64,000 nucleotides of DNA from Candidatus Nanopelagicales bacterium (GCA_017857175.1 JAFMDS010000001.1:55088-119087), one strand, 5' to 3'. Shown: positions 12,233 through 22,119, counted from the first letter of the stretch. A program made the numbers and translations. The notes: generated by a model from the letters alone, not told the origin.

Positions 12233-12471
12233 TGTTAGAAGACGCATTAGCTCACTTAGTGCGCGGAATCGTTGACAACCCCGATGACGTCAGTGTCAGC
12301 ATGCGCTCAGACAGGCGTGGCAAGGCACTCGACGTGCGGGTGAATCCTCAGGACATGGGTCGAGTCATTGGTCGTTCCGGTCGCACGGCTACAGCTCTGC
12401 GCACGGTTATCACGGCTCTTAATGATGGCCGCGGAGTGCGCATCGATTTCCTTGACGTAGCCGAGCGCTAA
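12232..12471 (+). CDS. khpA: KH-domain RNA-binding protein
   Basis: 79 aa, DMGRVIGRSGRTA GxxG loop; conserved position between rpsP and rimM. Confidence 0.93.
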   Translation: MLEDALAHLVRGIVDNPDDVSVSMRSDRRGKALDVRVNPQDMGRVIGRSGRTATALRTVITALNDGRGVRIDFLDVAER

Positions 12472-12476
12472 TCACC

Positions 12477-12989
12477 GTGCGGGTTGTTGTCGGTCGGATT
12501 GGCAAACCACACGGAATTCGCGGTGAAGTCACCGTTGAACCACGTACCGATGAACCGGATGTGCGCTTTGTAGCTGGCGCTGAATTAATGCGTCACAATG
12601 GTGGTCTACTGCTGATCGAATTGGCGCATTGGCATTCGGGTCGATTACTGGTGAAGTTCTTAGGATGCGATACCCGCAATGACGCCGAGGAGCTTCGGGG
12701 AACTCTGCTTGAAGTAGAACGCGATCCAGAGGAACTGCCACAAGGCGATGATGAGTTTTATGACTCGCAACTTATCGGGTGCAAGGCCGTCACCTTAGAT
12801 GGAGATCCAATTGGCGAGGTAAAGGATGTTTTGCATTTACCGTTACAAGATGTCCTTGTGGTGGTTGCAGGTGATGAGGAATATCTCATCCCATTCGTCT
12901 CCGAAATCGTGCCTGAAGTTGACCTCGAGACGGGCCTGGTGAAGGTTAATCCACCTCCTGGCTTGCTATCAGAATTGGCCGATGAATGA
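12477..12989 (+). CDS. rimM: Ribosome maturation factor RimM
   Basis: VGRIGKPHGIRGEV, DEFYDSQLIG, LIPFVSEIVPEVD. Confidence 0.96.
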   Translation: MRVVVGRIGKPHGIRGEVTVEPRTDEPDVRFVAGAELMRHNGGLLLIELAHWHSGRLLVKFLGCDTRNDAEELRGTLLEVERDPEELPQGDDEFYDSQLIGCKAVTLDGDPIGEVKDVLHLPLQDVLVVVAGDEEYLIPFVSEIVPEVDLETGLVKVNPPPGLLSELADE

Positions 12990-13687
12990 TCATCGACATC
13001 GTCTCCATCTTTCCGGAGTATTTGGAGCCGCTGTCTCTGTCCCTTGTTGGCAAGGCCCAAGAGACCGGAAAGTTAACTGTTCGAGTTCATGACCTCCGTG
13101 ATTGGTCGGCGGCGCCGCACCACAGGGTTGATGACACCCCCTATGGCGGCGGGCCGGGCATGGTGATGGATGCACCGACGTGGGGTAGGGCCCTCGATGA
13201 GATCGCCCAGTCCTGCGACTCAAAGCCGTTGTTGGTCATCCCAACTCCGTCGGGAAAAGTATTCGATCAGCCTACGGCCCGTTCATGGGTTGGGAATCAA
13301 TCAATTGTGATTGCTTGCGCTCGCTACGAAGGAATCGATTCTCGCGTGTCCCAGCATTATCAAACTCGCTCTGACTGGGCGGGCGTCCAAGAGGTGAGCA
13401 TTGGCAATTACGTCTTGGCGGGTGGAGAAGCGGCCGCACTTGTCATGGTGGAAACAGTTGCTCGGCTTATTCCTGGGGTCCTGGGTAATCCGGAGAGCGC
13501 GCCAGATGACACCTTCTCGCGTGCTGATGGTCTACTCGAAGGCTCCGTCTACACCAAGCCACCGACCTGGCGTGATCTTGAGGTCCCTCCTGTTCTGCTC
13601 AGCGGAAATCATCAGGCAATAGATCAATGGCGAGCGGCATCTGCTGAAGAGAAAACACGGAATCTCAGGCCCGATCTGCTGCCGTGA
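12986..13687 (+). CDS. trmD: tRNA (guanine37-N1)-methyltransferase
   Basis: VDDTPYGGGPGMVM, CARYEGID, SIGNYVLAGGE, VLLSGNH. Confidence 0.97.
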   Translation: MIIDIVSIFPEYLEPLSLSLVGKAQETGKLTVRVHDLRDWSAAPHHRVDDTPYGGGPGMVMDAPTWGRALDEIAQSCDSKPLLVIPTPSGKVFDQPTARSWVGNQSIVIACARYEGIDSRVSQHYQTRSDWAGVQEVSIGNYVLAGGEAAALVMVETVARLIPGVLGNPESAPDDTFSRADGLLEGSVYTKPPTWRDLEVPPVLLSGNHQAIDQWRAASAEEKTRNLRPDLLP

Positions 13688-13694
13688 GCGTGGT

Positions 13695-13846
13695 TGTGGC
13701 AGACTACGCAGGCTCGGTAATCGGAGATCTGCCATAGGGGACCCGAAACTGCCAGAGCGAACAGTGCGAGCGGTGCGAACCGCTCGTCACGCTGAAAACA
13801 ACCCATAACCGTGGGCGACCTATGGCGCTTGCAGGAAGAAGTAATA
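13695..13846 (+). promoter_or_regulatory. Promoter and structured 5' leader of rplS
   Basis: TGTGG-CAGACT -10-like element; GCCATAGG (13731-13738) complementary to CCTATGGC (13819-13826); internal hairpin CGAGCGGT-GCGA-ACCGCTCG (13767-13786). Confidence 0.55.
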
Positions 13847-14209
13847 ATGAAGAAGCTCGACGCAGTAGATCAAAGTTCATTCCGCACCGACATTCCTGCC
13901 TTTCGCGCCGGGGACAATTTAAAGGTCTACGTCAAGGTCGTTGAAGGCAACAAGACCCGTGTCCAGATGTTCCAAGGTGTCGTTATCGGGCGTCACGGCT
14001 CGGGAATCGGCGAGACCTTTACAGTCCGCAAAGTGTCCTACGGAGTTGGCGTCGAGCGTAAATTTCCGCTGCACACCCCGATCATTGAGAAAATAGAAGT
14101 TGCAAGTCGCGGAGATGTTCGCCGCGCGAAGCTCTACTACCTCAGGGATCTGCGTGGCAAGAAGGCGAAGATTCGCGAGTTGCGCGAAACTCCAAAGTCT
14201 GACAGCTAA
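13847..14209 (+). CDS. rplS: 50S ribosomal protein L19
   Basis: [41 protein letters not shown]. Confidence 0.98.
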   Translation: MKKLDAVDQSSFRTDIPAFRAGDNLKVYVKVVEGNKTRVQMFQGVVIGRHGSGIGETFTVRKVSYGVGVERKFPLHTPIIEKIEVASRGDVRRAKLYYLRDLRGKKAKIRELRETPKSDS

Positions 14210-14248
14210 GACTCTTTTCTGCTCTGTTGCAGAGTTGGTGCTCGAGCC

Positions 14249-14782
14249 ATGAAATTTGTTCTATGGCTCGGTATTGTGATCGCTGGCCTGTGGTTGGTAA
14301 CGCAATTTGTGGTTCAACCATTCTCCATTCCTAGTGACTCAATGGAGCCGGGCTTGGAAATCGGTGATCGAATCGCAGTGAACAAAATGGCTTATCTCTT
14401 TGCGCCCATTGAAAGAGGAGACATAGTTGTCTTTAACGGCCAAGACTCGTTTTCCTCAGGTGATAAGGACTATGTCAAACGGGTCATAGGTATCGGCGGC
14501 GATCGTGTCGTTTGCTGCGATGAAGCAGGTCGCATAACTGTCAACGGTGAATCTGTGAACGAGGGTGCGTATCTCGATTCGACTATGGAACCCAGCGGTG
14601 TGACCTTCGATGTTGAAGTTCCTCAAGGAAAGTTGTGGCTGATGGGGGACAATCGAGCAAATTCGGCTGACTCACGCTCCCACCTCGGGGATCCCGGCGG
14701 TGGATTCGTCTCGCAGTCTAAGGTTGAGGGCAAGGCGATGGCTGTTATTTGGCCACCGCAACGAATTAAGGTTCTCGATTGA
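14249..14782 (+). CDS. lepB: Signal peptidase I (copy 1)
   Basis: IPSDSMEP catalytic Ser, YVKRVIG catalytic Lys, MGDNRANSADSR. Confidence 0.93.
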   Translation: MKFVLWLGIVIAGLWLVTQFVVQPFSIPSDSMEPGLEIGDRIAVNKMAYLFAPIERGDIVVFNGQDSFSSGDKDYVKRVIGIGGDRVVCCDEAGRITVNGESVNEGAYLDSTMEPSGVTFDVEVPQGKLWLMGDNRANSADSRSHLGDPGGGFVSQSKVEGKAMAVIWPPQRIKVLD

Positions 14783-14832
14783 CTGACTTGGTTTGTGTGT
14801 TGAAAATCTATTTATACGAGAGTGAGTAGTTA

Positions 14833-15588
14833 GTGGCCATCCCTGCCCGCGAGGCTCCTGAGAATTCTTCAAACGTGGAATCTTCATCAGCAGCTACCAA
14901 GAAGCGCGGCAACTCATTCCTGCGCAGCGTCCTCGAGTTTGTCATCATCATTGTTATCGCTCTCGGAATCGCTACCTTCATGAGAGCTTTCCTCATCCAA
15001 CCCTTTTATGTCCCTAGCGGCTCTATGGAACAAACCCTCCAAATCAACGACCGCGTCGTTGCCTCAAAAATCACGACAAGCATTTCAGGCGTGAACCGTG
15101 GAGAGATCATGGTGTTTAAAGATCCAGGCGGGTGGCTTCCAGAGTTCGACAACTCAAAGGAGGGGCTGAGTGGCGCTCTCTCCCAGGCCTTAACCTTCAT
15201 TGGCTTGCTCCCCAGTGACTCCGGGGACGACCTGGTCAAGCGCGTCATCGGTATTGAAGGTGATCGCGTTGCCTGCTGCAATGAGGCAGGTCAGATTGTT
15301 CTGAATGGTGTGGGGCTTGATGAGTCCGCATATATCAACGGGCCAACTGACCAGGTTCTCTTTGATGTCACGGTACCCAAAGGCGGCATGTTCATGATGG
15401 GCGATAACCGCGGGAATTCCGCAGACAGTCGATTCCACTTGGACCAAAATGATGGTGCTGTCCCGACGAACAACGCGGTCGGCAGAGTGGTTCTAGTTGT
15501 TTGGCCTTTCGACAGATTAAGCACCGAGCCAATCCCTGAGATATTTGGCAACCCTGCAATCGCTGCGGGCAACGCTTACGGCAAGTAG
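14833..15588 (+). CDS. lepB: Signal peptidase I (copy 2)
   Basis: VPSGSMEQ, LVKRVIG, MGDNRGNSADSR; one TM segment. Confidence 0.94.
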   Translation: MAIPAREAPENSSNVESSSAATKKRGNSFLRSVLEFVIIIVIALGIATFMRAFLIQPFYVPSGSMEQTLQINDRVVASKITTSISGVNRGEIMVFKDPGGWLPEFDNSKEGLSGALSQALTFIGLLPSDSGDDLVKRVIGIEGDRVACCNEAGQIVLNGVGLDESAYINGPTDQVLFDVTVPKGGMFMMGDNRGNSADSRFHLDQNDGAVPTNNAVGRVVLVVWPFDRLSTEPIPEIFGNPAIAAGNAYGK

Positions 15589-15611
15589 TTGGGTGTCGAT
15601 CAAGCGGTGAG

Positions 15612-16289
15612 TTGCTTGTGAACTCTCCAAGTCTTGAGCCCGATTTGCAATTTGAGTCAACGCTGTTGGCTCGTGACGTCAACTATCTCGCTTGTCTCGA
15701 TGAGGTAGGTCGGGGTGCCTTAGCCGGACCCGTTGCCCTCGGGGCGGTGTTAATTTCTCGCGATGTTGGCCAGATTCCTGCAGGATTGCGTGACAGCAAA
15801 CTTCTCACGGCAAAATCCCGCAATGATCTGTTGCCTAAAATCCGGAGCTGGGTCTTGTGCCAGGCAGTGGGCTTTGCTTCAGCCGCAGAAATCGATGACC
15901 TTGGAATTATCGGAGCGATGCGCGTGGCTGGAGTGCGGGCCCTTGAGCAATTGTGCGCCCTCCCTGACCTGATTCTGTTGGATGGAAATCATGATTATTT
16001 GTCATCAGGTGGGGTGAAACGCGAAGCAACGCTTTTCGATGTTCCTGATACAAAAGGGATACCTCCTGTTGTAACCAAAATTAAAGCCGACATGACGTGC
16101 GCTGGAGTGGCTGCCGCAAGTGTTGTGGCTAAATGTGCACGCGATGCGCTGATGATCGAACTCGCCTCCAAGCTCCCGGGATATTCATTTGAAAAGAACA
16201 AGGGGTATTCATCACCTGACCACATTCAGGGACTGCGTGCCCATGGACTGAGCGAAGTGCACCGTCACTCGTGGAAGATGCCCGTTTAA
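15612..16289 (+). CDS. rnhB: Ribonuclease HII
   Basis: DEVGRGALAGP, LRDSKLL, LDGN, AAASVVAK, KNKGY; start may be GTG 15618. Confidence 0.95.
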   Translation: MLVNSPSLEPDLQFESTLLARDVNYLACLDEVGRGALAGPVALGAVLISRDVGQIPAGLRDSKLLTAKSRNDLLPKIRSWVLCQAVGFASAAEIDDLGIIGAMRVAGVRALEQLCALPDLILLDGNHDYLSSGGVKREATLFDVPDTKGIPPVVTKIKADMTCAGVAAASVVAKCARDALMIELASKLPGYSFEKNKGYSSPDHIQGLRAHGLSEVHRHSWKMPV

Positions 16290-16361
16290 TCAGGCGCGTG
16301 GATATCCACAGTCATTGGATTGGGGGTTTTGTTCCCCGTTACGTTCCATCATTCTGAGTGC

Positions 16362-16715
16362 ATGAAACCAAAGGATGCATTGGGCAAATATGGTGAAGAA
16401 TTAGCGGCTCGCCATTTGATGGTGAAAGGTTTTGTAATTCTTGAAAGAAACTGGCGGTGCGATCTGGGCGAGATCGATCTCGTGGCTCGGGAGGCATCCG
16501 ATCTGGTCGTCTGTGAAGTAAAGACTCGAAGGTCAGATGCTTTTGGTACACCCGTGGAAGCCGTTAGCGCCCGAAAGGTACGCCGCATGCGCACATTGGC
16601 CCTGAGATGGCTGGATGAAAGAAACGTGAATCCGCGCGATATTCGCTTTGACGTGGTGGGAATTGTCCAGCCACTTGTTGGACCTCCGCAAATCACGCAT
16701 TTGCGGGGGGTGTGA
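16362..16715 (+). CDS. yraN: YraN family PD-(D/E)xK nuclease (UPF0102)
   Basis: LGKYGEELAA, RNWRCDLGEIDLVA, CEVKTR, IRFDVV. Confidence 0.93.
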   Translation: MKPKDALGKYGEELAARHLMVKGFVILERNWRCDLGEIDLVAREASDLVVCEVKTRRSDAFGTPVEAVSARKVRRMRTLALRWLDERNVNPRDIRFDVVGIVQPLVGPPQITHLRGV

Positions 16716-16716
16716 G

Positions 16717-18240
16717 GTGACCCTCGCCCGTTCTTTTGGAGCCGTCATTTCAGGTGTTGCGGGTCAAATTGTCACGGTGGAAGTTGATCACTCGAGAGGT
16801 CTCCCCGGCGTTGGCATGGTTGGACTGCCTGACTTGTCGGTCAGCGAAGCACGACACAGGGTGAGAACCGCGCTCTTAAATCAAGGACTTACCTGGCCGC
16901 GCGGACGGGTGACAATAAGTCTCTCGCCGGCTGAGGTGCGCAAACAGGGTGCGGGTCTCGATTTGGCAATTGCGGCAGGAGTTCTTGGCGCGACCGCGCA
17001 GTTGAGCGAAAGGGCGCTGAGAGAAACGGTCTTTGTCGGAGAGCTAGGCCTTGATGGGAGCATCCGAAAAACTTCGGCTGCATTACCTTGCACCGTGGCA
17101 GCATCCAAGGAGGGTTTTGCCAGGGTTGTTGTGCCATTTTCTGATATCGCCCAATGCTTGATGGTCCCCGGTATTGAGGTGGTTTCCTATACCAGCATCA
17201 CCCACCTGATTGCCGGGCTGGATTCAGGGGAGTCGCCACTTGCACCGCCAGCGCGAGCAAGCGCTAATAGAGCACCCTTCCCGGATCTGAGTGATTTCCT
17301 TGGGCACTCGGAGGCGAGAGCGGCTTTGGAGATCGCAGCTGTGGGCGGGCACAACATTCTTATGGTCGGAGCCCCTGGAGTTGGCAAAACTCTGTTGGCA
17401 GAGCGCTTACCAGGCATTCTGCCGAGGCTGACACCCGAACAATCTCTTGAAGTTACGTCCATCCACTCCGTTGCAGGTGCCTTTTCAGGTACAACTTTTG
17501 ATTCCCCGCCACTTGACCACCCACCATTTATTGCCCCGCATCACTCATCGAGCCTGGCGGCACTTGTGGGCAGCGTCAGTGGGAGTCGGGTGCAGCCTGG
17601 CGCGCTCACGCTGGCTCATAGGGGTGTTCTTTTCCTCGATGAAGCCCCCGAATTTCCCAGGAATGCGATGGAATCATTGCGGCAACCCCTCGAGTCGGGA
17701 GTTCTGAGATTGAGCCGATCGACATGGAGTGGTGCGCTGCCCGCTGACTTTCAGCTGGTCATGGCGATGAACCCGTGTCCGTGCGGACACGCACTACCGG
17801 GCTCGGGCTCTCGCTGTGATTGTTCATCCTTGGCCAAGCGCAACTACGCGCAGCGCATCTCGGGGCCTCTCAGGGATCGAATCGACATCACGCTGGCCAT
17901 GCCTGTTATCAAGTCCAAAGCGATAGGAGACTCCACCTCGGTTACGGCCGCACGAGTCAACGAGGCGCGCGAACGAGCCAGGCACCGTTTTCGAGATAAT
18001 GAGTGGGAAGTCAATGCCCGAATTCCACCACACGCACTGCAGAAAACTTTTACACCTGCATTGCCCGCACAGGAACTTCTCGATCAGTTCCAGCGGAAGT
18101 TAGGCGGGTTGCGCGGAGCGCATCGCGCCTTGCGAGTGGCTTGGAGCATCGCTGACCTAGCGGGTAGGTCTCGACCAGACAGGGACGACATGGCGTGGGC
18201 ACTGCACCTGCGCGCATCAGATTGGTCCAAAGCAGCGTGA
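16717..18240 (+). CDS. comM: ComM/YifB Mg-chelatase-like AAA+ helicase
   Basis: VGLPD, LDLAIA, GELGLDG, GAPGVGKT, LAHRGVLFLDE, AMNPCPCG, ISGPLRDRID. Confidence 0.93.
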   Translation: MTLARSFGAVISGVAGQIVTVEVDHSRGLPGVGMVGLPDLSVSEARHRVRTALLNQGLTWPRGRVTISLSPAEVRKQGAGLDLAIAAGVLGATAQLSERALRETVFVGELGLDGSIRKTSAALPCTVAASKEGFARVVVPFSDIAQCLMVPGIEVVSYTSITHLIAGLDSGESPLAPPARASANRAPFPDLSDFLGHSEARAALEIAAVGGHNILMVGAPGVGKTLLAERLPGILPRLTPEQSLEVTSIHSVAGAFSGTTFDSPPLDHPPFIAPHHSSSLAALVGSVSGSRVQPGALTLAHRGVLFLDEAPEFPRNAMESLRQPLESGVLRLSRSTWSGALPADFQLVMAMNPCPCGHALPGSGSRCDCSSLAKRNYAQRISGPLRDRIDITLAMPVIKSKAIGDSTSVTAARVNEARERARHRFRDNEWEVNARIPPHALQKTFTPALPAQELLDQFQRKLGGLRGAHRALRVAWSIADLAGRSRPDRDDMAWALHLRASDWSKAA

Positions 18241-19352
18241 ATCAAATCGTGTCGGATGCTTACTTGACTCTCGCTCACTGGTGTGAACCCGCGGATCCGG
18301 GCATCGTCGCTGCCCTGGAACGGTGGGAACCACCAACTGTTGTAGAGCGCATTAAAAATGGGAAAATTGAGAGAAATATCCGGCCGGAAACCGCGAAAAA
18401 AATTGCACAGTTCTCACTTCAACGCGAACGCGACTATGCACACTCCATTGGAGCTTCGATTGTCACACGTGGCGAATCAGGGTGGCCAACACAACTGGAG
18501 GATCTCAAGGGACAAGAACCCTTTGCGCTGTGGTCATTGGGCAATGCTGACTTCCGGCTCATGGCTGCACGGTCCATCGCCATCGTGGGGACTCGAAACT
18601 GCACGCCGTACGGGCGTCAGATTGCACGGGACTGGGCTGCAGAATTCGGTCAAGCGGGTGTAACAGTTGTTTCAGGGGGAGCCCTTGGAATTGACGTCGC
18701 CGCCCATCAAGGTGCATTAGACGTTGAAGCCCCAACAATTTGCGTGCTTGCGGGCGGTGTCCAATCTCGCTATCCCAAGGCCAATGAGTCCATTTTCGGG
18801 CAGATCCTTGATTCCGGGGTGCTCATTAGTGAGTCACCTCCTCGTGAGTCGCCTCGACGCCAACGTTTCATAACGCGAAATCGCATCATCGCTGCATTAA
18901 GCAAGGCCACAGTGATCGTGGAAGCCGCGGAGCGAAGTGGTACGGAATCCACTGCGAATCGTGCGCATGAAATGAATCGCTTGGTGTTTGGTGTACCTGG
19001 TTCAGTGCATTCATCCGCATCAATGGGCGTACATGAGCTGATCCGGCAACGGACTGCATCAATCGTCCAATCTCCCGACGATGTACTCGACTTAATCGAT
19101 GTGCGAAAGCGAGATGATGAGCAGCTAGCGGGGAAAACAAAAAGTACTTCGGTTCCTGAGAGTTTTGACTGGCGTTCGCTGAAACAGCGTGAATTGGATG
19201 TGTGGGAATCCATGCCCATTCGCGGGGCACTGCTTGTTGCAGATCTTGTTGATAGTTCAGGACGAAGCATGTCAGCCGTCCTTGGGGCACTCGCGGAACT
19301 GGAATTGATGGGACTTGTTGCACGGGACGGATTATTCTGGAAACGCCTCTAA
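18237..19352 (+). CDS. dprA: DNA-processing protein DprA
   Basis: IAIVGTR, VVSGGALGIDVAAH, FITRNRIIAALS, VEAAERSG, C-terminal winged helix; GTGA overlap with comM. Confidence 0.95.
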   Translation: MNQIVSDAYLTLAHWCEPADPGIVAALERWEPPTVVERIKNGKIERNIRPETAKKIAQFSLQRERDYAHSIGASIVTRGESGWPTQLEDLKGQEPFALWSLGNADFRLMAARSIAIVGTRNCTPYGRQIARDWAAEFGQAGVTVVSGGALGIDVAAHQGALDVEAPTICVLAGGVQSRYPKANESIFGQILDSGVLISESPPRESPRRQRFITRNRIIAALSKATVIVEAAERSGTESTANRAHEMNRLVFGVPGSVHSSASMGVHELIRQRTASIVQSPDDVLDLIDVRKRDDEQLAGKTKSTSVPESFDWRSLKQRELDVWESMPIRGALLVADLVDSSGRSMSAVLGALAELELMGLVARDGLFWKRL

Positions 19353-19436
19353 GGAACGGAGGAATTCTGGTGCCAATCTGGGCTAAATATTGCGCGGCTC
19401 CTTCCAATTCGCCCATGGGACCGACACGATAGGAAC

Positions 19437-20351
19437 ATGCGGGAATTTTCGCCAACCATCGAAAACGAGATCTCAGGATTCCGTGCCTATATTCGCGATG
19501 AAAAGAAACGTAGCGAACACACGGTTGCCGCATATGAATCTGACGTACGGAGCATTTTTGCTTTCAATGAAGATGCAGCGACCGTCAAAGATTTAACTTT
19601 GATGAGCCTGCGGGCTTGGTTGGCTGACCTGAATTACAAAGGGCAGGCTAAGGCAAGCATCGCACGCAAGGCCGCCGCTGCGCGTTCATTTACTGCGTGG
19701 GCAAAACGTCGGGGAATTATTGAATTTGATCCAGGTGTTCGCCTCGTGAGTCCAAGTGTGTCTAAAACCTTGCCGCAGATTATGAGTATGGAGCAGGCCG
19801 AGAGAGTGGTGACTCATCGGTCTGAGGATTCTAGTCCCGCGCATGTTCGCGATTTGGCCATACTTGAATTGCTCTACGCAACGGGAATAAGAGTGGCAGA
19901 ACTGTGCGGGGCTGATGTCGATGATCTCGACCGCCAGCGCAATGTGCTTCGCGTGATGGGCAAAGGGCAAAAGGAACGCATGGTGCCATTTGGTTTACCT
20001 GCAGCGAAAGCTTTAACAAATTGGCTAGATGTGAGAAACAAACTGGCGCGAAATTCAACCGCCCTATTCGTGGGAACGCGCGGTTCGCGAATCGACAGCA
20101 GGATGGTTCGATCCATTGTTAACCGCGCTACTCGTGAGGTCACGGGGCAAAGCATGTCCCCGCATGCCTTGCGACACACTGCCGCAACACATGTGCTTGA
20201 AGGTGGAGCCGACATGCGGGTCGTTCAAGAACTGCTCGGGCATGCATCCATGGCAACAACTCAACGGTACACACACGTCAGTGTGGAGCGTCTGCGAAAA
20301 ACTTTTGAACTTGCCCACCCACGTGCAGCCTCGGATTCTGAGGGCTCATAA
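19437..20351 (+). CDS. xerC: Tyrosine recombinase XerC
   Basis: LYATGIRVAEL, GKGQKER, PHALRHTAATH, LLGHAS, TQRYTHV; core position between dprA and rpsB. Confidence 0.9.
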   Translation: MREFSPTIENEISGFRAYIRDEKKRSEHTVAAYESDVRSIFAFNEDAATVKDLTLMSLRAWLADLNYKGQAKASIARKAAAARSFTAWAKRRGIIEFDPGVRLVSPSVSKTLPQIMSMEQAERVVTHRSEDSSPAHVRDLAILELLYATGIRVAELCGADVDDLDRQRNVLRVMGKGQKERMVPFGLPAAKALTNWLDVRNKLARNSTALFVGTRGSRIDSRMVRSIVNRATREVTGQSMSPHALRHTAATHVLEGGADMRVVQELLGHASMATTQRYTHVSVERLRKTFELAHPRAASDSEGS

Positions 20352-20982
20352 ATCTTTTTGACTGAACATTTTCGGAACCCTGATCTTTTGTTGGCAAAAG
20401 CACAGAAGCCCTTCTCCAGAGCATTTCAGGGTTCATGTAATTCGAAACGCCATATTTGAGACCAACGTGTAGGCAGATATCGGCACAATGACTTGATTGA
20501 GTGCCCGGTGACGTTTTCCCGATCAGTTGGCCTGCACCGACCTTGTCACCGATTGTGAGTGAAGACTTGACGGGTTCATAGGTAGTCCTTATTTCTGAAG
20601 CACTGATTCGGGGGTGAATGCCGTGTGAGATGGAGATCACTGGCTTGCCCGCGATGAGGCCCGCGAATGCAACCACCCCTTGACCAATCGCATAAACAGG
20701 AGTCCCTGTCGGGGCCAAGAAGTCAATCCCACGATGGCCACTGGCAAATTGCGTCACAGGGGGATCAAACGGCCTCAAGAGGATTGGCGCGCCATGGAGT
20801 GGGGGTGCCCAATTGACCCTGGACTGGGGGAGAACCTGTTGCTCAAGGGCTGGCGAGGGCTTCATGGTGACGGGGTGTCCCGTGGAACAGAATGCCCCCA
20901 CACTCATCACGATGACAGCCGTGAGTACCGTGGAAATTTGAGTTGGCTTTCTAAGCCTTCTGGGCCAATGTTTACGTGTCAT
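20278..20982 (-). CDS. Membrane-anchored/secreted M23 family metallopeptidase
   Basis: N-terminal hydrophobic segment, GHRGID (HxxxD), RTTYEPV, SHC...CLHVG. Confidence 0.85.
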   Translation of the reverse strand: MTRKHWPRRLRKPTQISTVLTAVIVMSVGAFCSTGHPVTMKPSPALEQQVLPQSRVNWAPPLHGAPILLRPFDPPVTQFASGHRGIDFLAPTGTPVYAIGQGVVAFAGLIAGKPVISISHGIHPRISASEIRTTYEPVKSSLTIGDKVGAGQLIGKTSPGTQSSHCADICLHVGLKYGVSNYMNPEMLWRRASVLLPTKDQGSENVQSKRFMSPQNPRLHVGGQVQKFFADAPH

Positions 20983-21073
20983 GGTTCATGGTGAATGCCT
21001 GAGGGGGTGCAGGGGATCCCAAGCCGAAATCTGTGAGGAATGGGGTGAGGCCGACCTGATCTGTGGATACCCC

Positions 21074-21290
21074 TAGACTCAGCCTCGCATCATCAGTTTC
21101 ATAGCTCCACAAATACGCGTGGCTTAATCCGGTAGTCCGGCCGGCTCCATACGGTCTGCACTGCTCCTGAAAAGGGGCACGGCAGGAAATGGAACCGAAG
21201 TCACCAGGAGGAACACCAACCGGTGTTACCTAACAACCGTAAGCGGCCACTGGTCGCTGAATTGGGCTGCACGCCCGCAAGGAGTACGTC
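21074..21290 (+). promoter_or_regulatory. Promoter and long 5' leader of rpsB (candidate S2 autoregulatory RNA)
   Basis: TAGACT -10 at 21074-21079; ~210-nt non-coding leader with hairpin TGCTCCT-GAAA-AGGGGCA (21162-21179); AAGGAG SD. Confidence 0.5.
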
Positions 21291-22109
21291 ATGGCAGTCG
21301 TAACAATGCGACAAATGCTGGACAGCGGTGTTCACTTCGGACACCAAACCCGGCGCTGGAATCCCAAGATGAAGCGTTTCATTTTCACCGAACGCAATGG
21401 CATCTACATCATCGATCTACAGCAGTCACTGTCATACATTGACCGCGCCTATGAATTTGTCAAGGAAACCGTGGCACATGGTGGCAGCATCATGTTTGTT
21501 GGTACCAAGAAGCAAGCTCAAGAGGCAATCGCAGAGCAGGCGACGCGAGTTGGAATGCCTTATGTCAACCACCGCTGGTTGGGCGGCATGCTCACGAACT
21601 TCAACACCGTGCACAAGCGCCTACAGCGCCTCAAAGAACTCGAAGTCATCGATTTCGATGACGTGTCGGGCTCTAATCTGACCAAAAAGGAACTGCTTGT
21701 TCTTCGTCGTGAAAAGGAAAAGTTGGAGCGAACCCTTGGTGGTATCCGCGATATGGCAAAAATCCCAAGTCTGGTGTGGGTCGTTGACACCAACAAGGAG
21801 CACATTGCCGTCCAGGAAGCCCACAAGCTCAACATTCCAGTAATCGCTATGTTGGATACCAACTGCGATCCCGATGTCGTTGACTTCCCAATTCCTGGCA
21901 ATGACGACGCAATCCGCGCCGTAGCACTGCTCACCCGCGTTATCGCGGATGCAGTCGCTGAAGGCCTTATTGCTCGCTCGGGTGGATCTGCAGTCGAAGA
22001 GGTCGAGCCTCTCGCAGAATGGGAGCGCGAACTGCTTGCAGGGAGTGAGACTCCCGACGCTGTTGTGACCGAAACGATCGTCGCTGAAACGCCCGCAACT
22101 GAGGCTTAG
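21291..22109 (+). CDS. rpsB: 30S ribosomal protein S2
   Basis: [39 protein letters not shown]. Confidence 0.99.
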   Translation: MAVVTMRQMLDSGVHFGHQTRRWNPKMKRFIFTERNGIYIIDLQQSLSYIDRAYEFVKETVAHGGSIMFVGTKKQAQEAIAEQATRVGMPYVNHRWLGGMLTNFNTVHKRLQRLKELEVIDFDDVSGSNLTKKELLVLRREKEKLERTLGGIRDMAKIPSLVWVVDTNKEHIAVQEAHKLNIPVIAMLDTNCDPDVVDFPIPGNDDAIRAVALLTRVIADAVAEGLIARSGGSAVEEVEPLAEWERELLAGSETPDAVVTETIVAETPATEA

Positions 22110-22119
22110 TCCACTTGAT

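Noticed and set aside
11480..12247. 255-aa minus-strand ORF
   Set aside because: Antisense shadow of rpsP, kept open by the repetitive Val/Ala/Asp/Glu codons; no recognisable motif
14249..15588. Tandem signal peptidase genes as a novelty
   Set aside because: Tandem lepB/sip paralogs after rplS are common in actinomycetes
18886..19533. 215-aa minus-strand ORF, and similar shadows such as 24843-25460, 39271-39840, 38327-38851 and 21621-22154
   Set aside because: Overlap well-supported genes on the opposite strand and lack family motifs
19437..20351. Tyrosine recombinase as a phage or island integrase
   Set aside because: Size, motifs and dprA-rpsB position fit housekeeping XerC; no att repeats, tRNA or cargo
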